From the NCBI RefSeq assembly GCF_016433145.1, contig NC_058131.1:604607714-604671713 (forward strand): 64,000 nucleotides of DNA, written 5' to 3'. The notes under the pieces were generated by a model. It saw only the letters and a list, made by a program, of their open reading frames with translations, was not told the DNA's origin and did not search any database. This stretch comes from Gracilinanus agilis. Taxonomy: Eukaryota. Position numbers and translations under genes: made by a program. Below, piece by piece: positions 48,663 to 60,380 of the stretch (its first letter is position 1; every line of letters begins with the position of its first letter).

Positions 48663-49599
48663 TTTACATCTAAACAATTGGAAAAAACATTAATTGCTCC
48701 TGGGTAGGATGAGCTAATATAATAAAAATGACAATCCTACCCCGATTAATCTATTTATTCAGTGTCACACCTATCAAACTACCAAAAAACTTTTTTATAG
48801 AATTAGAAAAAAATATAACAAAGTGCATCTGGAAGAACAAAAGATCAAGAATTTCAAGGGAAATAATTGGAAAAAATGTGGAGGGGAGCCTAGCAGTTCC
48901 AGATCTTAAACTATACTATAAAGCAGCAGTCATCAAAACAATATGGTACTGGCTAAGAGACAGAAGGGAGGATCAATGGAATAGACTAGGGGTAAATTAC
49001 CTCAGTAAGCTAGTGTTCAATAAACCCAAAGACCCCAGCTTTTGGGACAAGAACTCACTATTTGACAAAAACTGCTGGGAAAATTGGAAAACAGTATGGG
49101 GGAAATTAGGTTTAGATCAACATCTTACACCTTATAGCAAGATAAATTCAAAATGGGTAAATGACTTAAATATAAAGAGTGAAATCTTAAATAAATTAAG
49201 TGAACATAGATTAGTATACCTGTCAGATCTGTGGGAAAGGAAGGAATTTAAGACCATGCAAGAGATAAAAAACATTGCAGAATGTAAAATGAATGACTTT
49301 GATGATATTAAATTAAAAAGCTTTTGTACAAACAAAACCAATGCAACCAAAATTAGAAGGAAAGCAACAAACTGGGAGAACATTTTTATAACAAAACTCT
49401 CTGACAAAGGTTTAATTTCCCAAATATATAAGGAACTAAATCAAATCTACAAAAAATCAAGCCATTCTCCAATTGACAAATCATTAAGGGACATGAATAG
49501 GCAGTTTTTACAGGATGAAATCAAAACTATCAGTAAGCACATGAAAAAGTGTTCTAAATCCCTCCTGATTAAAGAAATACAAATTAAAACAACTCTGAC

Positions 49600-49802
49600 G
49601 GGGCAGCTGGGTAGCTCAGTGGATTGAGAGCCAGGCCTAGAGACAGGAGGTCCTAGGTTCAAATCTGGCCTCAGACACTTCCCAGCTGTGTGACCTTGGG
49701 CAAGTCACTTGACCCCCATTGCCTACCCTTACCACTCTTCCACCAAGGAACTAATACACAGAAGTTAAGGATTTAAAAATATAAAAAAACAAAACAAAAC
49801 AA
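49600..49802 (+). mobile_element. Young SINE1_Mdo-like SINE (tail type B) inside L1
   Basis: TSD core TAAAACAACTCT at 49585-49596 and 49803-49814. Tail ctcttccaccaaggaactaatacacagaagttaagg. Confidence 0.92.
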
Positions 49803-49979
49803 TAAAACAACTCTAAGGTACCACCTCACACCTAGCAGACTGGCCAATATGACAGCAAAGGAAAGTGATAAATGTTGGAGGGGATGTGGCAAAATAGGAA
49901 CATTAATGCATTGCTGGTGGAGTTGTGAATTGGTCCAGCCTTTCTGAAAGACAATTTGGAACTATTCCCAAAGGGCTTA

Positions 49980-50255
49980 CTTTATTTATTTATTTGTTTG
50001 TTTGTTTGATTGTTTATTTATTTATTTGTTCGCTCGCTGGCTCGCTCGTTCATTCATTCATTTATTTATTTATTTTAATTCTATTTTTTATTTTATTTTA
50101 TTTTCCCTTATTACATGCTAAAACAATTTTTAACATTCATTTTTAAAATTTGAATTTTTAATTCTCCTTTATTCCCACCTCACCTCCTTGAGTTGATAAG
50201 CACTCTATTATAGATTTTACATGTACTATCATGTAAAACATTTTTCCATATTGGT
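49980..50255 (-). mobile_element. Inverted L1-type 3' end with microsatellite tail, nested in the + strand L1
   Basis: Interrupts L1 sequence between caaagggctt and ttaaa..tgcctgccctt. Contains aaaacaatttttaacattcatttttaaaattt. Confidence 0.75.
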
Positions 50256-52363
50256 TTTAAATGAATGCCTGCCCTTCGATCCAGCCATACCTCTGCTGGG
50301 TTTGTACCCTAAAGAGATAAGGAAAAAGGTGTGTACAAAAATATTCATAGCTATGCTCTTTGTGGTGGCAAAAAAATTGGAAAATGAGGGGGTGTCCATT
50401 GATTGGAGAATAGCTGAACAAATTGTGGTATGTGATGGTGATGGAATATTATTGTGCTGAAAGGAATAAAGAAATGGAGGAATTCCATGTGAACTGGAAA
50501 GACCTCCAGGAATTGATGCAGAGCAAAAGGAGTAGAACCAGGAGAACATTATATGTAGAACATTATATATAGAACCAGGCACAATTGAATGTAACCCAGG
50601 ACAATCTAGAGGAACTTAGGAGAAAGAACGCTATCCACATCTAGAGAAAGAACTGTAGAACCAGAAATGCATTAGAAGAAGATATTATTGACCCCATAGT
50701 GCGATTGGGATGTGACTAGGGTTTTGTTGTTAAAGAATCACTCTACTGCAAATATGAATAACATGGAAATAGGTTTTGAACAATGATACACATATTACCC
50801 AATGGAACTGCTTGTCAGCTTTGGGAGAGGGAGAAGAAAGGGGGGATCATGAATCATGTAACCATGGAAAAATATTCTAAATAAATTTTTTTAATTATGA
50901 TAATTTTTAAAAAAGAATTTAGGACTATAGAACTAAGAGCCAGGAGGCACCTAAGAGATCATTTAGTTAAGCCCTTTCATTTTCTATATTGAGAAACCTA
51001 GAATCACAGGGTATAAGTAATTTGGCCAATGTCACCCAGGTGGTAGGATTCTATCTTCAGGAACATCCCAAAGCAAAGTCCTGCTTGGAACTATGAGAAC
51101 AGGGGTAAGCCAAGATCCAGGTAAGGCATCTGGAGTCGCTGTGCTTCATGATACAGAGGAGCAGACTGGGGAGACTCAGTTTCCAGAAATAACTTAGGGT
51201 TTGACTTGTGGGCCTGATGATGAAGCACAATGTCTCATGGGTACATCAAACCTCTCATTTATAAGAAGAGGAGAATATAACAGGACAACATTTTCTCTGG
51301 TTCTCTCATCATGACCATTTTGCTTTTTTCTTAATTTTTTCCTTATAACTGATTTAAATCCTTGTCGCTAGAAATTTTGCTTGGTTCTTATTCGATTAAG
51401 ACTGTTGAGAACCCTCTTTTCTCTATAAGGTTGCTCATGGACTTAAAGAAAACTACTAAAGAACCATGTCCCTATATTTCTTTTCCTTTTTCTGGACAAA
51501 ATTGATGAGGACTTATAAGTACTAATAAGAATCCTATTCATGTACATATGTGGAATCCATATAAGGACTCTATTGACACTGACCTGTGACCTAGTAGATA
51601 TTTTTGAAAGTTTATTTAGCCAAAAAAAAAAATTCATGTTATGGCAGTATGATGATGAGCTTTGTTGAAACTTAGATATGCTGGTTCTCAGATGAGAGTC
51701 TTAATGTTCATGACTGACCCTTAAACTAACTCTTTCCTGTTTGGTGGGACTTCATACTACAATGCATGGACTTTGGAAAATAATACTAAAAACTAGGGTC
51801 ACTTTCACGCCACAGTAAAGCATTGGATTAGGACTTCAATGGAGATTGAATAGTTCATGTGGGATTTTTAGTCAAAGGAACTGGATTCAAATCCAAGGCT
51901 CTGTGTCACTTTGGACAAAATAAAGTCATTTCTTTCCATATGAGTTTCCTGATCTGTTAAAGGAAGGACTTGAATTAGATGATGGCAAAGACTGTTTCTA
52001 GCTCAAAATCTATGTACTAGTGATCATATGTAATTAAGGAAAGAACAATGTGAAGACAAAAAAGGAATTGATTGAGACAGTCCCTATTTATGGTACTCTA
52101 AGATCAGCTCTTTCCATCTCTAACATTGGTTGAGTGCTTATAGAGTGTAAAGCCATAAACTAGATGCCATGAATGAAAATAGGAGATACTATCCCTCTCA
52201 TCAGGGACTTTCTAGTATGTCTTAGAAGGTAGAACACCCACTAAACAATATGAATTACTTTAGGGGTGAAGGAGAGATGAGACTTCTTAGACAGGGCAGT
52301 GAGTGGGAAGACGGAAGAAGGAGAGAAGGATCTTCTATCACCATGTCTTTAAAAGCAGAGACA

Positions 52364-52562
52364 GGGGCAGCTGGGTAGCTCAGTGGATTGAGAGCCAAGT
52401 CCTAGGTTCAAATCCGGCCTCAGACACTTCCTAGCTGTGTGACCCTGGGCAAGTCACTTGACCCCCTTTGCCCACCCTTACCACTCTTCCACCTATGAGC
52501 CAATACACAGAAGTTAAGGGTTTTTAAAATAAATGAAAAAATAAATGAAAAAAATAAAAAAA
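52364..52562 (+). mobile_element. Young SINE1_Mdo-like SINE (tail type B, short internal deletion)
   Basis: Perfect TSD AAAAGCAGAGACA at 52351-52363 and 52563-52575. Ends about 175 nt upstream of exon 15. Confidence 0.93.
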
Positions 52563-52737
52563 AAAAGCAGAGACAATATTGGGTGAAGATGCTCACCTCT
52601 CAGGCTAAATACATTCTGTATATTCTTGATACTGATCTCCACTATCCCCATCCTCAGCTATGAGGAACTTCTTTACCCACCAGACAATAGTTCCCATTTC
52701 ACTGCTTTCCTGTAACAGTCTTCTTTGATTTTCCTAG

Positions 52738-52837
52738 CGGAGAAAAAGATGATGGCGTCTGCCTCCGCAGCTGGGAACCAGCAGCTTTACTCACAAGGAA
52801 GCCCATTCCAGCCAGGTCACTCGGGAAAGGCATTCAG
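52738..52837 (+). CDS. ARNT2: ARNT2 coding exon (exon 15 equivalent), 100 nt
   Basis: ttcctAG|CG GAG AAA...TTC AG|GTATA. Translates (S)EKKMMASASAAGNQQLYSQGSPFQPGHSGKAF(S). Starts in phase 1, so an intervening exon must follow exon 13. Confidence 0.96.
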
Positions 52838-53074
52838 GTATAGTACTAAGGAAAAGACTAAGACTATGGATCAAAAGCCAATTTTTTTCTTAGAAATTTG
52901 GCAAGGATTGCTAACTGACCCATAGTAAAAACAAGTGGCTTCTTTTTAAGGGCTCGAGGCGGGTTTTTTGGTTTCCTTGGTTTTTGTTGTGTGTTTTTGT
53001 TTTTGTTTTTAAAAGCTGAGTTTCTGAACTATGGATGCAAACAGGTAATTTAGTGATTTATTTGTAGATGTTGG

Positions 53075-53330
53075 GCATTTTCTTTTGTTGTTCATTTGTT
53101 TCAGACATGTCTGACTCTTCACAGCCCCATTAGGGGTTTTCTTGGCAAAGATACTGGAGTGATTTGCCATTTCCTTTTTCAGCTCATTTGGTAGATGAAG
53201 GAAACAGTTAAATGACTTGCCCAGAGTCACACTGCTAGGAAGTGTCCAAGGCCAGAATTGAAACTAGGAAGAGGAAACTTCCTGACTCCAGGCACTCTGC
53301 TCTATCCTCTGAGCTGCCTAGATGTTTCGT
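53075..53330 (-). mobile_element. MAR1-like SINE
   Basis: gttgttcatttgtttcagacatgtctgactcttc...ggtttcttggcaaagatactggag...gagctgcctag. Confidence 0.85.
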
Positions 53331-53975
53331 GTCATTCTTTTTCCTTCTATTTGAAAACAATCTTTAAAGAGGCTGTACCATTACTTATTCAGGGTGCATG
53401 ATAGGGGGTCAGTATTAGGCCTTTTTTTTGCAGCTAATGATATGTTTCTGTGTATTTCACAGCTTAATTCCATTAGAGACTATAATTAGTGCCACCTTTT
53501 AGCAGAATCTATGACACTGGATAGTGTTAAAGCCGGAAATCCTGTAGGCAAACCTTACAAAATTACAGGTGTTAGCATGCCTCTTCAGCTCCTCCTGAAG
53601 ATCTCCAGGTCACTAATTATTGCCAACTTCTTTATTATCAACAAACTTTATCATCAAAAAATTGAGCACCTATAATCAGAGAGAAGCTTTTTTTTGGTTT
53701 TGTTTGTTTTGTTTTTACAGAGAGGTTTAAAGCATGATCCCTAATCTCTAAAAGCTTACAAACTAATTGAGGAGACAAAATCAGAACAAAAAGATGAATT
53801 AAAAAAAAACACACAAAGTAACATCTCACTCACTTCTCAGTCCTTGTTATCTGGCTTCTAAACCTACCCCTGGACTAAAATTACTATCTTCAATTACCAG
53901 TAATCCCATAATTGCGAAACCCAATGCCCTTTTCTTGGTCACCATCTTTTAAAATACTTTTAGATTTTTAGTCAA

Positions 53976-54150
53976 GGGGCAGCTAGGTGGTACAGTGTAT
54001 GGAGAGCCAGGTCTAAAGTCCGGAAGACCTGAGTTCAAATTTAACCAAAGACATGTCCTATCTTTGTGACTTTGGGTAAGTCACTGAGTCCAAATAACCA
54101 AGCCTTTGCCTTTGAATCCTAAAGCTGTTACTAAGAGGAAGCAAGAGTTT
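53976..54150 (+). mobile_element. Older marsupial CORE SINE
   Basis: ggggcagctaggtggtacagtgtat...ggaagacctgagttcaaattt...gtgactttgggtaagtcact. Confidence 0.7.
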
Positions 54151-54164
54151 AAAAATAAAATAAA

Positions 54165-55510
54165 GTGTCTGACCCTGACCAACCAGCATTCTTCCTCCCT
54201 ACATTTCTGTGCCATTCCCCTCTCTTGGTTCTCCTACATGTCTTATCCTTCCTCAATCTCCTTTTCTGGATCATAATCTGTGACCCACTCCTTATCCATG
54301 GCTATATCTCAGGGGCTCTGACTTCTGTTCTTTCTGGGCCAGTGACTTGTATATCTCATATCCAGCCTTCATTTCTCTCCCGAGCTCCAGACCTATTTAA
54401 CCAACCACCTATTAGACTCCTATACCTTCGTGTTCTATGGGCCACTCAACATATCCCCCCAAAATAGCTTATTGTCCTCCCTCCCCAAATCCAACTGCCA
54501 TTCCTAACTTCCCTGCTTCACTACCTGAGTTACAGTGTATATAGTTATAGTATACATGTGTAGTATATAGATATATATATAAAGAGAGAGACCATATATA
54601 GTCTATATACATACACACAGAATAATTCCATTACTATAACTTCCCTTGACATGTACAGATAAATGTACTCTATATAGTTATAAATGTGTGCATTTACATA
54701 CATTTATACGTATGGAAATATAGTGTCTTTAAGTGTGTAACTGAGATTTGCTTGGAATTTGCTGGAATCATGCTTGACCTTCACTAGCTCCCCCCACTCA
54801 CCCCTTCTCTCTCTGTTCAGTTGCTAAGTTTTGTCCATTCCCTCTCCATAACACATCTCATATCTATTCTTTTCTCTCCACCCACAGGGTCATTCATTGT
54901 GCTCAGTCTCTAAATTCCTCTCACATATACCACTTTAATAGTCCCCAGTTCCCATTCTAAAGTAAAAATCTAATTGTGTCACTTTCCTTCTCAAGAAACT
55001 TGTGGCCTCTGCAACCAACAGATTAATTTCTCTTTTTTTGACATTAAAAGCCCATCACTATCTGACTCCAATCTATCATTCTAGACTGATTTCCCATTAC
55101 TCCCCCATGTTCCAGGCTAATTGACCTGCATACTCTTCATCCTATGTAACTCTCCATCTGCCACTTCCATGCCTTTTTTACTGGCTGACGCCCTTGTTTA
55201 AAGTGCCCTTCAGGGTCCCCATTTTGAAATCCCCAAAATACCTTCAACGTCAGCACAAATGAAACCTCCTCTAAATTTGCTCCTATCTCTTGTTGCTCCC
55301 ATCTCCCCTTCTCTCCCCAAAAAGGAAAAAAATTTATATATGTATTTGGTACCTATTTATCTGTGTACAAACAGTTCATGAGTTGTTCCCTTGCAGTAGA
55401 ATTCCAAGCTCCCTACAGCCAGATCCTGTTTAATTTTTATCTTTGTGTCCCCAGAGCCTGTCATAAAAATTTTGGTGTAATAGACACTTAATAGATGTTT
55501 ACTGAATTGA
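54165..55510 (+). mobile_element. Long L2 LINE fragment with an internal (TA/CA)-rich tract (~54530-54730)
   Basis: ctctcccgagctccagacc, aaatctaattgtgtcact, gtagaattccaagctccctacagcc...acttaatagatgtttactgaattgaat. Confidence 0.7.
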
Positions 55511-56620
55511 ATAATAAAAGCCAAACACATAAAAAAAAGTGATATGGCCACTGAGAGTTCAGGGGAGAGTTATTATCACCAAAGACTGGGGTCATAGGGA
55601 AAGGATTGATGGAATAAATGAGACTTAAGCCAGAACTTACAGGAAGGGCAAGACTTAGATAAATAGAGGGGTAATGGGGGGGGTGCTTTTGAGGTGAGAG
55701 GAACCATGTAAGGCAACACGTACTTAGAGGAAAATACAAAGAGTATTCAGGGAATAGTGAACAGACCACCATACCTAGAGTATAGAGTAAGTTCTCTGGG
55801 GGATCAGGAGAGATGAGATTGGAAGATAGAGGGAATCAGATTATATGGAATTTTGAAAACTAAGCTAAGGAATTTGAGATTGACCTAGTAGATAATGGGG
55901 AAGTGTTGAAATTTCTAAGCAAGGAGGTAACTTCTAGAGGATGATTTAGAAATATCAGTCTGGTAATGATGTGCAAGATGGGTTGCATAGGATGGAAACC
56001 AAAAGAAAAGTTAATTAGGAGACTTACAGTCATAAGATCATTTTTATTATTTTTTTTAGTCATTTCAGTCTTGTCTGGTTCTTTGTGACCCATTTGGGGT
56101 TTTCTGGACAAAGATACTAGAGTGATTTGCCATTTCCTTCTCCATCTCATTTTACAGATGAGGAAACTAAAGCAACAAGGTTAAGTGACTTGTGTAGGAT
56201 GACACAGCTAATAAATGTCTAAGTCAAATTCGAACTTAGGTCTTCCAGACTCCAGGTTCAGTTCTCTATCTGCTATGCCACTGAGCTTTCCCTGTCCCCA
56301 TAGCACTTGACAGAAGCCATTTAAGCCAATCCTTTCATTTTGTATATAGATGAAAAAACTGAGTGTGAGGGTGATTGAATATATTTATCTGAGGTCACAA
56401 AGATAATATCAGAAGTGACCCAGCTCTGAACAGCTAACAAGAATGTGATGAGGGTCTAGATTAGGTCATGGTGGCAAATGGCAGTGAAAAAGAAGGAATA
56501 AATAGAAGAATCATTGTGAAATCAGAATCCAGGAGACTTGATAACTGACAGAACCAGGGAGGACAAGAAGGATGCTCCAAGATTTCCAGTCTGAGTGAAT
56601 GGAAAAATAGAAGTATCTTT
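55510..56620 (-). mobile_element. L2 fragments with a nested MAR1-like SINE (~56040-56290, -)
   Basis: gatgagattggaag...gataatggggaag...gcaaggaggtaac; MAR1 tail ctttgtgacccatttggggttttctggacaaagatact. Confidence 0.65.
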
Positions 56621-58171
56621 AACAGGAATAGAGAAGAGTAGGAGGGAAAAAAACAACAACCAAAAACCCTGGTTTGAAGGGAAACGATAGGTTTTAAACC
56701 TTCATCTTTCATTGCAAGAGCCCTTTAAAAATATGGGCCTATTCGCCTAGAGGATAGACATGAAAGCATTCTTCAAAAAGATTAAAGCATTATAGGGATT
56801 CGTGGTAGCATTATATCCTAGAAAACATGCTTTTGATATAGTACAGAGCTTTTGCTCTTGGCCGAGTCTGTTCTGAACTAGGCATGTTGCAATAGAGCAA
56901 TCAGAAACCAGAACTGGGTCAAAGAGAAACGTCCTCTGGGCTCTTGACATTCCTCATTTCCTTTAGCAAATGGCTAATCTTTGTGTCCTCTATAAAAGAA
57001 AAAAGCAGCCCTGGCTCTCCTCCCAGTGGCGATGCAGTAAGAAATGAATGAGAGTGAAACCAAAAGGCCCCAACTACACAGAGTAAAAGCTGGGAGAATC
57101 TTCTTTAATCAGGCTTTCTCGCTTATAATAGAGCAGTCACATAATGGGACAATAGGCTGAGTTACATTGGGTTTTTATGTGGAAGAAAAGAAAATATGGA
57201 GGGAGGGATCTAGTATATTTGATGTAGAATCAATGAATATGAATATTAGAATTATGCTTTGCCCTGGTAACAGAAAGATTTGCCCTCAACAAGTACATTT
57301 AATCAGGGAGGATACTCAGAAAACAGGCAATAACACAAGCAGTATCTGATTAAGATATCAAAAGAGTCATACAGATATTAAGCCCTGTGGGAAATTAAAT
57401 TAAAGAATTAGTGTAAGCTGGAGTAGTTAGGTAGAGCTTGAGCTGAACCTTAAAGGTCTGGTAGGATTTGGACAGGAGTCGAAGTATATTCATACAAGTA
57501 TGTGCAGAAGCAGAGGGATCTATACTCTTTTAGGGATTATGAGTGAGTTAGATGGTTCTGGTTTGAGCAAGAATTGGAATATGGTATTAAGAACTGTTGA
57601 CTTTCATCATTGAACTTCATGTCTTCTCTCTTTGCAGTTAAAAAGTTGGCCTCTTCTCATGGCTTCAGCTAGATTTCTTTTGGATATGGTTAGAGGCCAA
57701 ATTAATAGTTTTCCCCCCAATATAAAGAAATCGATGGCATATTGGTAGGCTGAAGAGAGGAAACCAGGGAAAAGGGAGAAATTGAAGATGCCAGAGAAGG
57801 TGGGGATGAGTCCACATATCAAATCCAAAAACATTTAATAAGTGCCTTTTTTGTGTGCCAGACACTGTGCTGAGGCCTGAGAATACAAAGAGGGGCAGGG
57901 GGTTAGAGAAGTTCATGCTTTCAAGAAGCTCAGTCAGATTGATAAGCTTGGAGCAAGGTGACATAAGGGTTGGGTGAGGATAGAACTCGGGCCATCTCCT
58001 TCCAGGTCCTCCGTGGTCCAAGAAAAGAGAAAATGGAATCTGGATATGATCATACATTAGGGATTGTCATGATGAGCTAATCACTTGATGGTTTTAAAAT
58101 AATGTTGCTGGCATTATTATCAGTCATGATATTTCCTACATATAAGTTTTTTGGATTTTTTTCTGTTCTAG

Positions 58172-58310
58172 CTCTTCAGTGGTTCACGTGCCTGGAGTCA
58201 ATGATATTCAGTCCTCTTCTTCAACAGGCCAAAATATGACGCAGATTTCTCGTCAGATAAATCAGAGTCAAGTTGCCTGGACTGGGAGTCGTCCTCCATT
58301 TCCTGGACAG
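58172..58310 (+). CDS. ARNT2: ARNT2 coding exon (exon 16 equivalent), 139 nt
   Basis: gttctAG|C TCT TCA GTG...GGA CAG|GTATG. Translates (S)SSVVHVPGVNDIQSSSSTGQNMTQISRQINQSQVAWTGSRPPFPGQ. Confidence 0.97.
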
Positions 58311-59516
58311 GTATGGTGATTCATAAGAGAATTGGTATGGTCAGCCAAGAACCTATGTCCTTTATAATCGACATTGTTCCTGAGGCTTGAATACGGTCTG
58401 ACTCACTCCCTCTCCCTTTGAAACTTGGCTGGCTGGATTGCCATTATTATTGATCATGATAGCTGTCCTTTTCCCCATAATGAAATCAGATGATTCCAAG
58501 GTTAAGTGATCAGAACATAAAATGCTTTGAGTCAGAGCGCTCCTTTTCCCAAACTAAAGGCAACAATTTACTGTCTTATTTTAGAACATTTCATCATCTG
58601 GTTATCTGCCAGACTTTGCCTGGAGATTAGTTCCAATTCAGTATGTAGCTTCTCAACACCATCATTTTTTTTTTACAGTACCTAAGGACAGCTACTGCTT
58701 TAACCTTCAGCAAGCTATTCTGACATTATGTTATCTTGGGGAATTTAAAGAAGCAAGTCAGTATTGCAGATGCATTAGCATGCTATAAAAAGTCTCTACA
58801 CCTCAGTTTAGTCCTCTGAACCTTCTAGATGTAAAAATACCTTTCTCTTCTTAGGGATGAGGTGAGGACTAATTAGCCCTGTTGACCTTTCTTACTGATA
58901 AGTCTTCTCCTTAGATGACTGTGAGATTTGTAAGTAATTATATTATTAAGCACTTTGAGCTTTTAGGAGGGAAAAAAAGCACCAGAGTCACCACAACCAA
59001 GGTAAATATAATATTAAGGCACTTACCCATGCCATAATGGCTTCTTTACTTTTCTTTGGCCATGAAGAATTGCCCTTGTTGAATGTTTCCATTGTTCTTG
59101 CAAAGTGACTAATAGGAAGGCAAACAGTCGATATCGACTTGTGAGACATTGAGCAAAGAAAGGTGTCTTCTTCAACAACTGGCTGAACTAAGTCTTTATG
59201 ATGCCTTGCTAGATATTAAATAGATGCCACCCGTCTGAGCTTGTGCCTCCTGGAAAGAGCATTCATTTTCCTGTTCTGCTCAGGCAGGAGTGTATGTTCA
59301 GATATTAACTGTCTCTTTCCTTAAATGCCTATGACAGGAAGTGCAGGTCTCTGGGTGTCAAAAACTATGTATAGAGTTGATAGAATGCATGGAGCATTGA
59401 TTGTTCTGCCAACCCATGCAGCACACCCGCTGGTTCCTAGTGGTGTGAGTCTACGAGGAGGTTTAAAATAAGGAGAACTTTGTGATGTTGTCTGTTTTCT
59501 TTGTGGGGGGGGTTAG

Positions 59517-59682
59517 CAAATCCCATCGCAGTCCAGCAAGACTCAGTCTTCTCCCTTTGGGATTGGGACCAGCCACACCTACCCAGCTGACCCATCCTCC
59601 TACAGTCCTCTCTCCAGTCCAGCTACTTCTTCACCCAGTGGGAACGCCTACTCCAGCCTCGCGAACAGGACCTCGGGGTTTG
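59517..59682 (+). CDS. ARNT2: ARNT2 coding exon (exon 17 equivalent), 166 nt, S/P-rich C-terminal region
   Basis: ggttAG|CAA ATC CCA...GGG TTT G|GTAGG. Translates QIPSQSSKTQSSPFGIGTSHTYPADPSSYSPLSSPATSSPSGNAYSSLANRTSGF. Confidence 0.97.
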
Positions 59683-60189
59683 GTAGGTTTGAAATGATTT
59701 GCTGTGAGGGGCCACAATGCATAATCTTTCCTGAATATACTCTCTCCAGCACCTTAGCCCCTCTCATGTCAGTGGGTTGTAGAATATTCCCTTCAAATTT
59801 GGAAAAAGCCTCTAATGAGGCTACTTTTTGACCTGCGGTATTATTTAGAAATTTGGTCCTAGGACTCCTGTCCTGGTCATTTGAACTCTCTTTTTAAGAG
59901 GTTGCAAAATGTCTCCTTGTGTGATAGTGGGCTTTGTTTATCAGGGTCTTGCAAACAACTAACTGCCCATTCTGGTGCATTTCCCAGAGGCCCTTGCCAC
60001 ATAGATCACATTTCATTTTAAAATTAATTTCTTTAGTGTCTTTCCCAAGGAAAGGCTTGCCTTTGCTGGCAGGAGAAAGTAGGAAGGAATCAGTTAATCT
60101 GTTGCTGAGAAGCCCAAGGTGATGCTCAAGCTTTTTAAATGTTATAGATACCTTCTTGAGAAGGCATTTATCTAATGAAATGATTATCC

Positions 60190-60380
60190 TAAGGCAGTGT
60201 GGCATATAAGATAAAGTCAAGAAGACCTGGGTTCAGGACACATGTGAGCTCATCTGAGCAAGTCACTTAACATCTCAGTGCCCTGGGTAACTCTCTTAAG
60301 ATTCTAAGTTACAGGCAAGGTGTTGTTCTGCATCTGTGGAGGCATTTTCTATACCAGGAGTTCCCTACACCAATGAATTT
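60190..60380 (+). mobile_element. CORE SINE with MamSINE1/WALLSI4-like tail (second decayed copy ~61395-61600)
   Basis: ggtaactctcttaagattctaagttacagg...ccaggagttccctacaccaatgaa resembles this family as recalled; the family name is uncertain. Confidence 0.5.

Larger units (their letters stand above)
48083..50910 (+). mobile_element. 5'-truncated L1 (ORF2 3' part plus 3' UTR) carrying four nested insertions
   Basis: Track ORF 48728-49627 (MTILPRLIYLFS...PDLKLYYKAAVIKTIWYW...SLFDKNCWENW...IKLKSFCT) is L1 ORF2. The 3' end matches the L1 at 44048-44751. Confidence 0.93.

Noticed and set aside
48728-49627. 299-aa ORF as a host gene
   Set aside because: It is an L1 ORF2 fragment that runs into a SINE; the element is truncated and interrupted.
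51645-51720. Possible box C/D snoRNA (ATGATGA ... CTGA)
   Set aside because: No terminal stem and no recognisable guide; both motifs are common by chance.
58184-58189. CACGTG E-box inside exon 16 as an autoregulatory ARNT site
   Set aside because: It is a single hexamer dictated largely by the His-Val codons, with no other support.
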